This document shows positions 28,830 through 40,257 of a stretch of DNA of 64,000 nt, one piece after another. The stretch is from Burkholderiales bacterium. GTDB lineage: Bacteria; Pseudomonadota; Gammaproteobacteria; Burkholderiales; Casimicrobiaceae. Within the stretch, counting starts at the first letter, position 1, and every line of letters starts with the position of its first letter. The position numbers and the translations under genes were made by a program. The DNA lies in assembly GCA_031409935.1 (NCBI GenBank), contig JANNYE010000050.1, forward strand, positions 3,478-67,477, read 5' to 3'. The notes under the pieces are model-generated. The model had not been told where the DNA came from. It saw only the letters and a program-made list of their open reading frames with translations, and did not search any database.

Positions 28830-29627
28830 CTACATCCGCGCAAACAAATGCGCGTACTGCCGTGACACCTGCACTTTTTCTTTCACGCCTTTGAGCGTGA
28901 GCATCACGCGGCTGGTGAAATCGCGCTCGGCGGTCACGACCGCGCGCATGTTGACGATGGTGGATCGGTGCACTTGCACGAACATGTTCGGGTCGAGCTG
29001 GTCGGCCAATTCTTTGAGCGAAATGCGGATGAGCTGCTCGCCATCAATGGTGTAGAGCGAAACATATTTATCTTGCGCTTGCAGATGCGTGAGCTCATCC
29101 ACGGGCACGATGCGCACGGTGTCGCCGATGCCAGCGCGCAGGAATTTCAGGTATGACGTTGCGGACGCGCCACCCGCGCCGCCTGCCAGTTTTTTAATCA
29201 ACTCCATGGCTCGGGTTAGCTCGCCGGTATCTGCGCTTACATCGGGTGCGGTTAGGCGCTTTTTTAGGCGCTCTACAGTCTCTGTTAACCGCGCATCGTT
29301 GACCGGTTTGACTAAATAATCCACCGCTTCGCGCTCAAATGCTTGCACCGCGTACTCGTTGTACGCGGTGACGAAAACAACCAGTGGGCCATCGCTGCCC
29401 CTTCCTTCACCAAGGCGCTGCGCCACTTGCAGCCCGGTAAGCCCAGGCATGCGGATATCGAGAAAGAGCACGTCTGGCGCATGAAGATCGACCGCTGTGA
29501 TCGCAGCGGGACCGTTGCCGACGACATCGACGATGCGCAATTCCGGCCACGTTCTGGCCAGCGCGTCCTTGAGTGCGAGCGCTAGATTGTGTTCGTCTTC
29601 AGCAATCAATGCGGTGAAGTTTGACAT
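28830..29627 (-). CDS. LytTR-family response regulator
   Basis: AEDE, FLDIRMPG, DYLVKP, AQDKY, FVQVHRSTIVN, VSRQY. Confidence 0.95.
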   Translation of the reverse strand: MSNFTALIAEDEHNLALALKDALARTWPELRIVDVVGNGPAAITAVDLHAPDVLFLDIRMPGLTGLQVAQRLGEGRGSDGPLVVFVTAYNEYAVQAFEREAVDYLVKPVNDARLTETVERLKKRLTAPDVSADTGELTRAMELIKKLAGGAGGASATSYLKFLRAGIGDTVRIVPVDELTHLQAQDKYVSLYTIDGEQLIRISLKELADQLDPNMFVQVHRSTIVNMRAVVTAERDFTSRVMLTLKGVKEKVQVSRQYAHLFARM

Positions 29628-29642
29628 CGAAAAATCCTTAAT

Positions 29643-29756
29643 AGCTTTTGGCTGAAATTACCGTTTTAATTGGGCTAAGCGGCGTTTATTGATATAGTCG
29701 ATAAGTTATAAATTATTGCTTTAGCCCTTATACAATATGTCTTTCAGCGAAAAGAT
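29643..29756. repeat. 114-bp dyad-symmetric element, copy C
   Basis: AGCTTTTGGCTGAAA..GGGCTA..GTCGAT(29697-29702)..TAGCCC..TTTCAGCGAAAAGAT. Confidence 0.85.
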
Positions 29757-29765
29757 GTACCACTT

Positions 29766-29830
29766 GTAGGAGCGCCGCAAGCCGCGATTTGGCGCGCGCA
29801 CCAGCGCCAAGATCGCGGCTTGCGCCGCTC

Positions 29831-29834
<4 letters not shown>
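29766..29834. repeat. REP doublet (GTAG family); supplies the TAG stop of the kinase gene
   Basis: GTAGGAGCGCCGCAAGCCGCGAT ... ATCGCGGCTTGCGCCGCTCCTAC. Confidence 0.85.
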
Positions 29835-30985
<1,151 letters not shown>

Positions 30986-31001
30986 GGGTGGCGTTTTTCT
31001 C

Positions 31002-31511
31002 TTAGGCGGTGACGGCGGTTGGTGACTGCCGATTCATACGAAACAGCGTCAGCGCGCGCCCGAAGAACACGCCCGACAACGCGCCAAGAATGATCGCCGG
31101 GCCGACCTGCCACACAAGCTCGGAACGTAACGCCGGGTTGATCGCGAGCGCGACGTTGATAACGTAGTTCAACAAAAAAATCGCGAGCATGATGAGCATC
31201 GGAATCACGCTGCCGGGCAAATTCAGGCGATCCTTGCTCGCGTCGTAGCGCGCGCCGCCGGTGGGTTGCCAAACGAAAAACGTGACGGTAGCGGTGGCGA
31301 GCAATGCCAACGCCCAAACCGAGAATCCAATCGGCCCGCGACCTGCGGCCGCCAATCCGACGAACAAAAACACCACCGGCGCGATCAGCACCGAGTAGCG
31401 CGAGACGATGCGAGCGCGCAATTGATTGACGCCCAGCACGATCAACGCGACGAGGATGGACCACACCCAAATCGGCGTGCCCTTGAGAACCTGACTAACG
31501 AATTCACCCAT
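31002..31511 (-). CDS. Membrane protein (DUF6622-like)
   Basis: TPIWVW...LPGSVIPM...SGVFFGR; multi-TM; upstream of the LytS/LytTR pair. Confidence 0.7.
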   Translation of the reverse strand: MGEFVSQVLKGTPIWVWSILVALIVLGVNQLRARIVSRYSVLIAPVVFLFVGLAAAGRGPIGFSVWALALLATATVTFFVWQPTGGARYDASKDRLNLPGSVIPMLIMLAIFLLNYVINVALAINPALRSELVWQVGPAIILGALSGVFFGRALTLFRMNRQSPTAVTA

Positions 31512-31584
31512 GATGTTTCCCCTGTTGCGGAGTGCTGATGAGTGAATGCTTACGGAGATGGCGGGGCGCGTCAGGGCGTTGCGA

Positions 31585-31632
31585 CGAGCGGGGGCGCAGG
31601 TGGCGCGAATGGATGGTTTGCGGTGCGAACGA
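31585..31632 (-). promoter_or_regulatory. Candidate LytTR binding direct repeats
   Basis: CGAGCGG / CGAATGG / CGAACGA at 31585, 31606 and 31626 (period 20-21 bp), upstream of the operon. Confidence 0.4.
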
Positions 31633-31638
31633 CATGCT

Positions 31639-31702
31639 GTGGGAGCGGTTCTACCGCGATGGCGTTTAAGTGACGCAGAAGTTGCGGTGGAACCGCTCCC
31701 AC
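31639..31702. repeat. REP doublet (GTGG family)
   Basis: GTGGGAGCGGTTCTACCGCGA ... TTGCGGTGGAACCGCTCCCAC. Confidence 0.8.
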
Positions 31703-31717
31703 AAAACTAGCGATCTG

Positions 31718-32254
31718 CTACTGCTGCTTAGCTTTAAACCGCTCGATAGCCATCGCAATCTCGGCCCGTGCGTCGGCGGCTTCCGTCCAGCCCAGCACCT
31801 TCACAAACTTGCCAGGCTCAAGGTCTTTGTAGTGCTCAAAAAAATGGGTGATGCGATCAACCTCAATCGGTGGTAAATCGCGCGGGCTTTGCACGTTGCG
31901 GTAGATGCTGGTGAGCTTGTCAACCGGTACGGCGAGAATTTTCTCGTCGTTACCCGCTTCGTCCTGCATTTTCAGCATGCCAATCGGGCGGCAACGCACC
32001 ACCACGCCCGGCATCAGCGGCACTGGGCTCAACACCAGCACGTCGGCCGGGTCGCCGTCACCTGAGAGCGTTTGCGGAATGTAGCCGTAATTGCACGGAT
32101 AGTGCATCGCGGTCGACATGAATCGATCCACAAAAATCGCGCCAGACGCTTTGTCGACCTCGTACTTGATCGGCTCGCCATTCATCGGGATTTCGATCAC
32201 GACGTTTAAGTCATTTGGGACGTCGCGGCCAGAGGAGAGTTTGTCGAATGACAT
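31718..32254 (-). CDS. ppa: Inorganic pyrophosphatase
   Basis: [29 protein letters not shown]. Confidence 0.97.
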   Translation of the reverse strand: MSFDKLSSGRDVPNDLNVVIEIPMNGEPIKYEVDKASGAIFVDRFMSTAMHYPCNYGYIPQTLSGDGDPADVLVLSPVPLMPGVVVRCRPIGMLKMQDEAGNDEKILAVPVDKLTSIYRNVQSPRDLPPIEVDRITHFFEHYKDLEPGKFVKVLGWTEAADARAEIAMAIERFKAKQQ

Positions 32255-32545
32255 GAGTGCTCACGCTTGTAGTTAAATCAGAATGTCAATCCATTCTAGA
32301 CCGCCAATTTTGACTCGAAGCTGACCGGGCAGCGAGCCAACGAAATCAACGCAAACCCGCAGGTGGCCTTGCGTCGCTATACTCCCGCCTTCTTTCAACC
32401 ATCCGCCCCTCGGGGTCATTTCAGTGCGTGAGTCGCCATCGGCATTGGGCGACCCCGCACCGCAATGACGGCGCTGCGGGGTGAACATCGCGACGTGCGC
32501 GTTCAGTCCAGCGCAAGCGGTGTGCATTGCACAGGCTTTCAACCC

Positions 32546-33970
32546 ATGATCAAAGCGTTATTCGAGCGCGTACTCACCCGAAAATCCGGTGTTCGCCGCG
32601 AGGCCTCCGGTGCCAAGCTCGGCATCCGGCCCGAACACATGAGCAAAAACGCAGTTTACGTGTGTGACCGGCTGCAGCGCGCGGGCTTCGAGGCGTACAT
32701 CGTTGGGGGTGCGGTCCGCGACGCCCTGCTAGGTGTTGAGCCTAAAGACTTCGACGTCGCTACTAACGCCAGCCCCGAAGACGTGAAACACGAGTTTCGC
32801 CGTGCCTTCGTCATCGGACGGCGCTTTCGCCTAGTTCATGTGATGTTCGGCGACGAGACCATCGAGGTTTCGACCTTTCGCAGCAACACCGTCAAGGCGG
32901 TTGAGGGCGGCAAAGTTGGCGGCGAAGTGGAATCGGACTCAACCGGGCGGATCACCTCAGACAACGTCTACGGCACGCAGGCTGAAGATGCTGCGCGTCG
33001 CGATTTCACGATTAACGCCCTGTATTACGATCCAACACACGACATTGTTGTCGATTATCTCGATGGCTTGAAAGACATCGAAAAACGCACATTGCGAGTC
33101 ATAGGCAAGGCAGAAACCCGCTACCGCGAAGACCCGGTGCGTATGCTGCGCGCCATTCGACTGGCAGTGAAGCTCAACTGCGCGATTGCGCCGACCACAG
33201 CCAAGCCAATTAAAGAACACGCAGCACTTATCAAAAATGTGCCGCCAGCCCGGCTGTTTGACGAAGTGCAAAAATTGCTGCTTTCCGGTCACGCCAACGC
33301 AACGCTTGAGGCGCTGCGTAAACATGGCTTGACAGAGGGTTTGCTGCCGCTTCTGGATTTGATTTATCAGCAACCGGGCGGCCAAAAATTCATCGCACTG
33401 GCGCTCGACAATACTGATCGGCGTGTTCGGGAAAACAAGCCAGTGTCGCCCGCGTTTCTCTTCGCGAGCCTGTTGTGGCACGAGGTGGTGAAGCGGTGGG
33501 GCGAAATTGAAGCGACCGGCGAAAACCGCATCCCGGCGCTTATGCAGGCGATGGAGGAGGTCATCGATGGGCAACGCGAAACGATTACCCTGCCGCAACG
33601 TTTCGCGGGTGTTACGCGTGAGATATGGATGATGCAACCGCGCTTTGAACAGCGCACCAGCAAGTCCGCGTTGCGCGTGGTGGAGCAAGCCCGTTTTCGC
33701 GCAGCTTATGATTTTTTGCTGCTGCGCGCAGCCGCTGGCGAAGTCGAGCAAGAACTGGCCGACTGGTGGACGAATTTCATCGAGTCGGATCCCGACATCC
33801 GGCAAGAGCTTATTAATCAACGTCAACGAGCCCAAGCGCGCTACACCGGCGCTAGCACTGGTGGGGGCGATGGCTCAGGTCGCCGACGCCGTTCACGCGG
33901 TGGCAGAGGGCGAACGCAGCACGAAGGCAATGGGGGCGGCGAATCTGGCGGCACATCGACAGCCAGCTAA
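32546..33970 (+). CDS. pcnB: Poly(A) polymerase I
   Basis: VGGAVRD, PKDFDVAT, IGRRFRLVHV (PAP signature), RRDFTIN, FRAAYDFL. Confidence 0.95.
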   Translation: MIKALFERVLTRKSGVRREASGAKLGIRPEHMSKNAVYVCDRLQRAGFEAYIVGGAVRDALLGVEPKDFDVATNASPEDVKHEFRRAFVIGRRFRLVHVMFGDETIEVSTFRSNTVKAVEGGKVGGEVESDSTGRITSDNVYGTQAEDAARRDFTINALYYDPTHDIVVDYLDGLKDIEKRTLRVIGKAETRYREDPVRMLRAIRLAVKLNCAIAPTTAKPIKEHAALIKNVPPARLFDEVQKLLLSGHANATLEALRKHGLTEGLLPLLDLIYQQPGGQKFIALALDNTDRRVRENKPVSPAFLFASLLWHEVVKRWGEIEATGENRIPALMQAMEEVIDGQRETITLPQRFAGVTREIWMMQPRFEQRTSKSALRVVEQARFRAAYDFLLLRAAAGEVEQELADWWTNFIESDPDIRQELINQRQRAQARYTGASTGGGDGSGRRRRSRGGRGRTQHEGNGGGESGGTSTAS

Positions 33971-33979
33971 GAGCGATAA

Positions 33980-34507
33980 ATGCACGCATCAACCGGCCTC
34001 GTGGCTAATGTGGCTTATGTCGCGCTGGGCAGCAACCTTGGGGATCGCATCGGCCATTTGCGCACGGCAAGAGCGGCGATTGGCGCGGCACCCTCGTGCG
34101 CCGTCGCGCTATCCTCATCGCTTTACGAAACCGAGGCTTGGGGCTCCGCTGTTCCGCAACCTGATTATCTTAACGCCGTCATCGCGGTCGAAACTTCACT
34201 CACGCCGCAACAACTGTGGACGCTCATCGCAGGCATCGAGCTTGCGCAGGGCCGCGCGCGAAGCGGCACGTCAAACGCCGCTCGTACGCTGGACATTGAT
34301 GTGCTGCTAGTCGACGATATTGTCATGAATACCAGCGCACTAGTGTTGCCACACCCGCGCATGCATTTGCGCAAGTTTGTTTTGTTGCCGCTGCTGGAAA
34401 TTGCGCCGGATATCACCATTCCGGGGTGGGGCGTGGCATCGAACCTGCTGCCACATACGATTGACAACGAGCCGCGCAAATTGAGCCACAATTGCTCATG
34501 GAACTGA
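33980..34507 (+). CDS. folK: HPPK, 6-hydroxymethyl-dihydropterin pyrophosphokinase
   Basis: ALGSNLGD, RTLDIDVL, LPHPRM. Confidence 0.95.
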   Translation: MHASTGLVANVAYVALGSNLGDRIGHLRTARAAIGAAPSCAVALSSSLYETEAWGSAVPQPDYLNAVIAVETSLTPQQLWTLIAGIELAQGRARSGTSNAARTLDIDVLLVDDIVMNTSALVLPHPRMHLRKFVLLPLLEIAPDITIPGWGVASNLLPHTIDNEPRKLSHNCSWN

Positions 34508-35145
34508 GCGCGCTTCGATACATCGTGGTTGACGGCCCCATTGGCGTGGGCAAAACCAGTCTCGCCCGAAAACTAGCCGCGCGACTGGGGGCGGAACTAT
34601 TGCTGGAGGCGCCGGCTGAGAATCCTTTTTTAGAGCGTTTCTATGCAGACCCGGCGCGGCACGCCTTAGCCACCCAACTCAATTTTCTGTTTCAACGCGC
34701 CGATCAGGTCAAGCATCTGGCGCAGCTAAATTTGTTTTCTCGCGGCGTGATCGCTGATTTTTTACTCGAAAAAGACCCGCTGTTTGCCGCGCTCAATCTG
34801 CGCGCGGATGAGCTCGGCCTTTATCACAAGATTTATGGATTTCTGCAGCCACAATCGCCGCGCCCTGATTTGGTGATTGGGCTGCAAGCCTCGGTCGACA
34901 CGTTGGTTGATCGAGTGCACCGCCGCGGCATCCGCTACGAGCAACGTATCGCCCCAGATTATCTGGCCCGGCTTTCCGATGCATACGCGAATTTTTTTCA
35001 TGGTTTTGATGCCGCGCCGCTCCTGCTCGTCAATACCGAAGGCCTCAACTTTGTTGATGAGCCCCTGCACCTTGATTGGTTAGTGCAACGAATTGCGCAA
35101 ATGCGAGGTGGGCGCGAATTCTTCAATGTTGCGCATGAGGGCTAG
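34498..35145 (+). CDS. Deoxynucleoside kinase
   Basis: DGPIGVGKTS P-loop, ENPFLERFY, QLNFLFQR. Confidence 0.9.
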   Translation: MELSALRYIVVDGPIGVGKTSLARKLAARLGAELLLEAPAENPFLERFYADPARHALATQLNFLFQRADQVKHLAQLNLFSRGVIADFLLEKDPLFAALNLRADELGLYHKIYGFLQPQSPRPDLVIGLQASVDTLVDRVHRRGIRYEQRIAPDYLARLSDAYANFFHGFDAAPLLLVNTEGLNFVDEPLHLDWLVQRIAQMRGGREFFNVAHEG

Positions 35146-35306
35146 GGAAACGCTGAACAAAACGCCGCGCGCATCGCATCCTTGATTTGGGCGAATCGCT
35201 TCGTCGAAAATGCTCGCAATAGCCCGCTATTGCTGCGCTTTTCGTCTCGCGCTTCATCCCAAATCAAGGCGCGCTGCAACGCGTCGCTTTATTCAGCGTC
35301 TCCCTA
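35143..35306. mobile_element. MITE-like palindromic element (~164 bp)
   Basis: TIRs TAGGGAAACGCTGAACAA / TTATTCAGCGTCTCCCTA; internal IR CCTTGATTTGGG/CCCAAATCAAGG; central GCAATAGC-CC-GCTATTGC. Confidence 0.75.
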
Positions 35307-35399
35307 AAAAGTCGTTTGCGTGCGTTAACCTGGCATTTCTTAGGTACACTCAAATCTCGATAGTTTGCGGAGTTGGATTGTGATTGTGGGGAGCAGGAC

Positions 35400-37514
35400 G
35401 TGACCAGCCCGAAAGAGGCACATCGACTGCTTTTGCGCAGTGCAGCTCTAATTTGTTCGGTCTATTTCAGCATGCCGGTAGCGGCGCTCTCTTTGGGTGC
35501 TGAACAGGTTACGTCAACGCTCGGGCAACCGTTGCGTATGGTGGTTCAGCTGCTTGGTGAGAGCGCCGCCTCGCTGGAAACACGTTGCTTTCGCGTTGTG
35601 CCGCCTGCAAAGTCTGATGGTTTGTACGTAGTCACGCAGGCGCGAATTGAACTGCAAAACAGCAGCACACCTCCGCAACTGATAGTTCGTGGCAATCAAT
35701 CCATCGACGAGCCCATCGTTCGCATCAGCATCGAAGCCGGCTGCGATGCCCCAATCCGTCGCGAATACACGCTGCTGCTCGATCCGCCAACATTGCAGGC
35801 AATCGATCCGCGTGTTCCGAGCGCGCGCCTTAACGTGACGCCCGCTCAATCGGTGGCCGCGTCGACTGAACTGACGGCCGGGTCGCTCGCCACCGCCGAC
35901 GCTGCGTCCGTAGCTCCTCGGACGCCGTCTAGCGCTAACTCGCGCGCTGCTCAACGCGCGGGCAATTCGAACGCTGCTGCGAGGCAGAAATCCGTGGCCG
36001 CAGTCAAAATCGATAAAAAGTCAGCGGCGAGCAGACGCACGGACTCACCAATGCCACCCGCCGCAACAGCGGCAACTCGCCCAGCGCTTCAGGATCAGCT
36101 TCAGGTGCGCACATCAGAGCAAAATTCCGGCGCGCGGGTCGATGAAGCCGCGTTGGCTGCGTTGGCTGTGCCGCGGTTGCGCGTGTCGAGTGACCTAGCG
36201 CTTATCGATCCGGCAAACGCGCCGGGGCTTGCGGTCACTGACGAGCTTCAGGCTGCCATCAACAAAGATCGGCGGGCTCGACTGCTCGCAGCACCCATTG
36301 ACAGCGATCTTGCGCCACGCCTCGAGGCCGATCTCGTTGTGGCGCAGCGCCGTCTCGCCGAGTTGCAATCCCAGCTCGCGGCGGCTGGCATTGCGGTTAA
36401 TGTAGCGAACAAGGTGCCGGAACGCTCTGCGGTTGTCAACAGCAAAACGCCAATCAGCCCCGCACTTGGGGCAGCTAGCGGCTGGGACTGGCGAAACTGG
36501 TTGTGGATTCCAGGAGTGCTATTGATCGTCGCGTTGATCGCTTTTTTGCTGCGACAACGTCGCGGCTCGACAAATTCGCAGTTCGACGCGCATCTAAATG
36601 AGCCAACCGCCTACGCCAACGACGACGAAGCCTCGGCGGTGCGAGCAATCGTCGACGGAGGTTCACCCGCGTCCGATCCGGGAAAATCGGCGTCAACTAG
36701 GAGCACCTACGCGGTGCCCTTGGCGAATGCAGCCAACACTGCCAATGCCGCCAACGCGCTCGGTACCGCGAGTACGTCTGAGCCCGTAATTCAGCCGACC
36801 ACGCGAAAAGCCAACCCGGCATCACCCATCATTGCTACGAAGGCGGAGCGTGAGGCATCGGATCGGCTAAATAATCCGCTGTTCCAGTTGCGTGACACCG
36901 AGTCGCACGTCGACGTGACTGTGCTCTCGCAAGTAACCGAAGAGGCTCAGGTCTATGCTGAGCTTGGCCGTAACGATCAAGCCATTGCACTGTTGCGCGA
37001 TCATATTGATGGCCAGCAAGGCGACAAATCTTCACCTGCGCCGTGGTTAATGATTTTTGAGCTTTACCGAAAGACAAATGACCGGCGCGGTTATGACGAG
37101 CTTGCACCCCAGTTCCGCAAACACTTTAACGGGCGGGTGCCCGACTGGGACAACTATGGCCATGAACTCGCACTCGACGACGGACTCGAAGCGTTCCCTC
37201 ATCTCGTAGCAAGAATTGAGCGTGACTGGGGCACCTCAGACGCGCGCAAGTTTCTCGAGGAGTTGCTGTATGACAATCGCGGCGGATCGCGACTGGGGTT
37301 TAGTCTTGCTGCCTATCGTGACATCCTGCTTCTGCTACAGGTTCATGAGGGGCTGGCAACCGAGCCTGAATTACCGGCGTCTGACTGGGAATCGCGCGGT
37401 GCCAATGACCGCGATGGCACACCCAAATGGGATTTGTCGCTGGAGATGATTGAGCCACCGAAACACGGCGAGCTGGCGTCTTTTTTAAACGGACGGCCGC
37501 CTGAGAGGGCGTAG
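35400..37514 (+). CDS. FimV-like protein (FimV N-terminal domain, TM helix, C-terminal helical domain)
   Basis: ALSLG..VTSTLGQPL, EPIV..REYTLLLDPP, TM WLWIPGVLLIVALIAFLL, EAQVYAELGR, DNRGGSRLGF. Confidence 0.7.
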   Translation: MTSPKEAHRLLLRSAALICSVYFSMPVAALSLGAEQVTSTLGQPLRMVVQLLGESAASLETRCFRVVPPAKSDGLYVVTQARIELQNSSTPPQLIVRGNQSIDEPIVRISIEAGCDAPIRREYTLLLDPPTLQAIDPRVPSARLNVTPAQSVAASTELTAGSLATADAASVAPRTPSSANSRAAQRAGNSNAAARQKSVAAVKIDKKSAASRRTDSPMPPAATAATRPALQDQLQVRTSEQNSGARVDEAALAALAVPRLRVSSDLALIDPANAPGLAVTDELQAAINKDRRARLLAAPIDSDLAPRLEADLVVAQRRLAELQSQLAAAGIAVNVANKVPERSAVVNSKTPISPALGAASGWDWRNWLWIPGVLLIVALIAFLLRQRRGSTNSQFDAHLNEPTAYANDDEASAVRAIVDGGSPASDPGKSASTRSTYAVPLANAANTANAANALGTASTSEPVIQPTTRKANPASPIIATKAEREASDRLNNPLFQLRDTESHVDVTVLSQVTEEAQVYAELGRNDQAIALLRDHIDGQQGDKSSPAPWLMIFELYRKTNDRRGYDELAPQFRKHFNGRVPDWDNYGHELALDDGLEAFPHLVARIERDWGTSDARKFLEELLYDNRGGSRLGFSLAAYRDILLLLQVHEGLATEPELPASDWESRGANDRDGTPKWDLSLEMIEPPKHGELASFLNGRPPERA

Positions 37515-37532
37515 CTTTCCATTACGACTCGG

Positions 37533-38105
37533 TCATTGCAACACTTCGCAGAATCGCCGACGAACCGACATTCCACCCGCCTGCGGTGTCACCACGAATT
37601 CGCAAGCATCGTAGCCCTGCAACTTGATCCGCCCAATGATTTCGGCCAGAACAACAGGGCTCAGACGCCGGTCACGGGCAAGCACCCAGCCATATCTGCG
37701 CGAAGGGTGCCCGACCACGGCCCATTGATAATTGGGATCAAGCGCGATGACCCAGTAATCCGCACTCACCCAGAAGCGATATTCGCCGAAAAGTTCAAGG
37801 AATGTAACTTCAAGTTGGCTCGGATGGGCTGGATCGACCAATCTCGCCCGACCTTCTGCACGTTCGCGAACTCCGTCTGCGCGGGTGCAGACATTCTCAA
37901 TGCGGATCGTCGCAGCTTCGGCCAGACTGTAATCGGCGCTGGTGTCGCGCACGCATTTGCGTTGAAAAAATTGCGGGATTGAGGCAATCTCTACCCACGT
38001 GCCAAGATATCGGGGGAGGTTTAGCACATCCACCGACTTGACGTCGGCTGCCTCAACGAGCGCCGACAAGGAAATCGCAGCCAGGGTAGTTAACGCTTTA
38101 CTCAT
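37533..38105 (-). CDS. Lipocalin (Blc-like)
   Basis: RYLGTWVEIA, ADYWVIALDPNYQWAVVG. Confidence 0.9.
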   Translation of the reverse strand: MSKALTTLAAISLSALVEAADVKSVDVLNLPRYLGTWVEIASIPQFFQRKCVRDTSADYSLAEAATIRIENVCTRADGVRERAEGRARLVDPAHPSQLEVTFLELFGEYRFWVSADYWVIALDPNYQWAVVGHPSRRYGWVLARDRRLSPVVLAEIIGRIKLQGYDACEFVVTPQAGGMSVRRRFCEVLQ

Positions 38106-38459
38106 CGCAGGCTCCCATCTCAACATCCGATTTTGGGCACGGTTCGGCGAACACTGAACGAGTGAAATTTCTCGCTATACCGGCGACGTCCAATAGCTAT
38201 ATTCTGAACATCAACAATGACTTAGGCTGGGCATGAACCCTAGCCGTCACAGAGGTGATAGATAGTAGCGCGCTTGCTATGCGTTGATTCCCGTGCTCGC
38301 GCATCACGGAGCCATTCGCCCCAGTGGCGCATTTGCGTCCGATGCGCGCCACGCGCGCCGAGGAGGAGATGCAAGTCGGCAAAACTGAAACGGCTGCCCC
38401 CTGTTCAGGCTGCATTGCCGCTGCCTCTTTCGCAGCGCGGCAATGTGAGTAGCAATGCG

Positions 38460-39176
38460 TCAATCCAGCTTCATCAGGAACGGAATTTCAACCTCAAACT
38501 TTTCACCATCTGCTTTGGTTTTGCAGGCCGCGTCAGTCAGCGCGGCAGCAAAGGTGCGCTGCACGGCGCTACGCAGATTGCCAGGAGTGACCGTTCCGAC
38601 ACGGACGTTACCGATGGTGCCGTCGGCGTTGACCGTCGCCAGAATGGTGCCCTCAACGCGATCTACACCGGCTTTGTTCATGTCGCGTACAGGTGGTGAA
38701 TCTGGACGACATGGTTGCGGCAAGGAGCCCATTCCAATGCGGGTCAGCGCAGGCTTCGGCGGCGGCGCCGGTGGTGGCGCTGGTGGTGCCACCGCAGGTG
38801 GTGCAGGCGGCGCAGGCGGTGGTGGCGGTGCAATTTTGTACTCTGCCTTGGGGGGCTCGGACGTCGTCGTAATTGCAGGTGCTGGAGGTGCCGCCACGGC
38901 TACCTCTACCGGAGGCACATAAGGTGGGGGCGGCGCGGCAGGGGGAGGCGGCGGCAGGTTCGGTGTTTTGGGTGGTGGGGGCGGTGGGGGCGGTGGTGGG
39001 GGCGGAAGTTTGACCTCCTCCACAATTTTCGCCTCTAGCGGTTTCTTGATGACTTCGACCGCTTTGCGCGCCAGGCCGGTGACCAGGGCGTAAACAATGA
39101 AGGCGTGCAGCGCAAGCACGGCAAAAATAGCCACCGTTCGCTTGCTGGATTGCTTGGGTTGGTAGGTGTAGTCCAT
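38460..39176 (-). CDS. tonB: TonB energy transducer
   Basis: N-terminal TM with His (VLALHAFI), proline-rich linker; downstream of exbBDD. Confidence 0.85.
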   Translation of the reverse strand: MDYTYQPKQSSKRTVAIFAVLALHAFIVYALVTGLARKAVEVIKKPLEAKIVEEVKLPPPPPPPPPPPPKTPNLPPPPPAAPPPPYVPPVEVAVAAPPAPAITTTSEPPKAEYKIAPPPPPAPPAPPAVAPPAPPPAPPPKPALTRIGMGSLPQPCRPDSPPVRDMNKAGVDRVEGTILATVNADGTIGNVRVGTVTPGNLRSAVQRTFAAALTDAACKTKADGEKFEVEIPFLMKLD

Positions 39177-39256
39177 TTAGAGTGGCCAGCAACAAACGAG
39201 GACGTTAAGCGAGTCGGACATCCGGCGCTCCGTCATCGTGCGTGTGCGGCGGTGCC

Positions 39257-39685
39257 TCATAAAAATTGTTCGTGCCCGAGGATGCCCATCTTGACTAGGC
39301 CTGCGCGTTGCGAGGCGGCCATGACATAGGCGACGATTTCATACTTCGCGAGCTTGTTCGGCCGCAAGTGAATTTCCGGCTGCGTCGGCAGCGCGGCGGA
39401 GGCAGCCATCTTTGCCTGCAATTCGGTGCGGTCTACCATGGCGGCACCGTTCCAGAAGATTCGCCCGGTTTCATCGATGTCGATCTTGACGATCTCGGGT
39501 TCAACGGGCGGCTTGATGTTGCTCGCCGGTGGCATATTCATGTTCACCGAGTGCAGCTGGATGGGGATGGTGATGATCAGCATGATCAACAAAACCAACA
39601 TCACGTCGATCAACGGTGTGGTGTTCATTTCCACCATGACTTCGGGATCCCCGTTGCCGCTGCTATTGCCTAGACTCATTCCCAT
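39257..39685 (-). CDS. exbD: ExbD/TolR
   Basis: MNTTPLIDVMLVLLIM. Confidence 0.93.
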   Translation of the reverse strand: MGMSLGNSSGNGDPEVMVEMNTTPLIDVMLVLLIMLIITIPIQLHSVNMNMPPASNIKPPVEPEIVKIDIDETGRIFWNGAAMVDRTELQAKMAASAALPTQPEIHLRPNKLAKYEIVAYVMAASQRAGLVKMGILGHEQFL

Positions 39686-39705
39686 GGATGTTTTCTCTTA
39701 TGGTT

Positions 39706-40134
39706 TTATTCACGAGCCGCAGGTTCGGTCAAAAACGCAATCTTTGAAATGCCGGCCGAGCGGCAGGCAAAGATCACGCGCCCGACCCCGTCGTAGTTCG
39801 CTGTCAGGTCGCCGCGAATATGCACCTCAGGCTGCGGATCCATTTTGGACACTTTTTTAAGTCGATCCGTCAGGTCGCGAATATCGACGATGGGAGTGTC
39901 GTACATGAACATCTTGCTGGCGGCGTTGACCGAAATCACGATGTTTTCTGGTTTCGATTCTCGAACCTGTATCTCTTCCTGCGGAAGCTGCACTTTAATC
40001 GAGGTGGTGACCACCGGAATGGTGATCAGGAAGATGATCAATAGCACCAACATTACATCCACTAGAGGTGTGGTGTTGATGCTGGAGTTGATCTGGTCTT
40101 CGTCGCCGTTGGCGCTGCCTATGTTCATGCCCAT
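39706..40134 (-). CDS. exbD: ExbD/TolR
   Basis: INTTPLVDVMLVLLIIF, IRGD. Confidence 0.93.
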   Translation of the reverse strand: MGMNIGSANGDEDQINSSINTTPLVDVMLVLLIIFLITIPVVTTSIKVQLPQEEIQVRESKPENIVISVNAASKMFMYDTPIVDIRDLTDRLKKVSKMDPQPEVHIRGDLTANYDGVGRVIFACRSAGISKIAFLTEPAARE

Positions 40135-40257
40135 GGGTTGTCCTAATACTTGCCGTCAGTGTTACGAAAATGAGTAGGCCATGATTGAGTGCGCAGCGAG
40201 CGAGGATTGCGCACCGCTCGACTTCTCACTTCTCGCTAATCACAGCTCGCTATATTT

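Noticed and set aside
32440-32485. CCCCGCA...TGCGGGG hairpin upstream of pcnB as a riboswitch or tRNA
   Set aside because: A single stem with no cloverleaf or known aptamer motif.
32957-33835. Long antisense ORFs (here and at 48135-49142, 7743-8492, 3078-3902)
   Set aside because: Shadow ORFs expected opposite real genes in GC-rich DNA; no recognisable motifs.
38195-38308. Possible eighth copy of the 114-bp element (AGCT, TGAAC at +10, AGGCTG at +29)
   Set aside because: The centre hexamer and right arm do not match; at most a decayed half-site.
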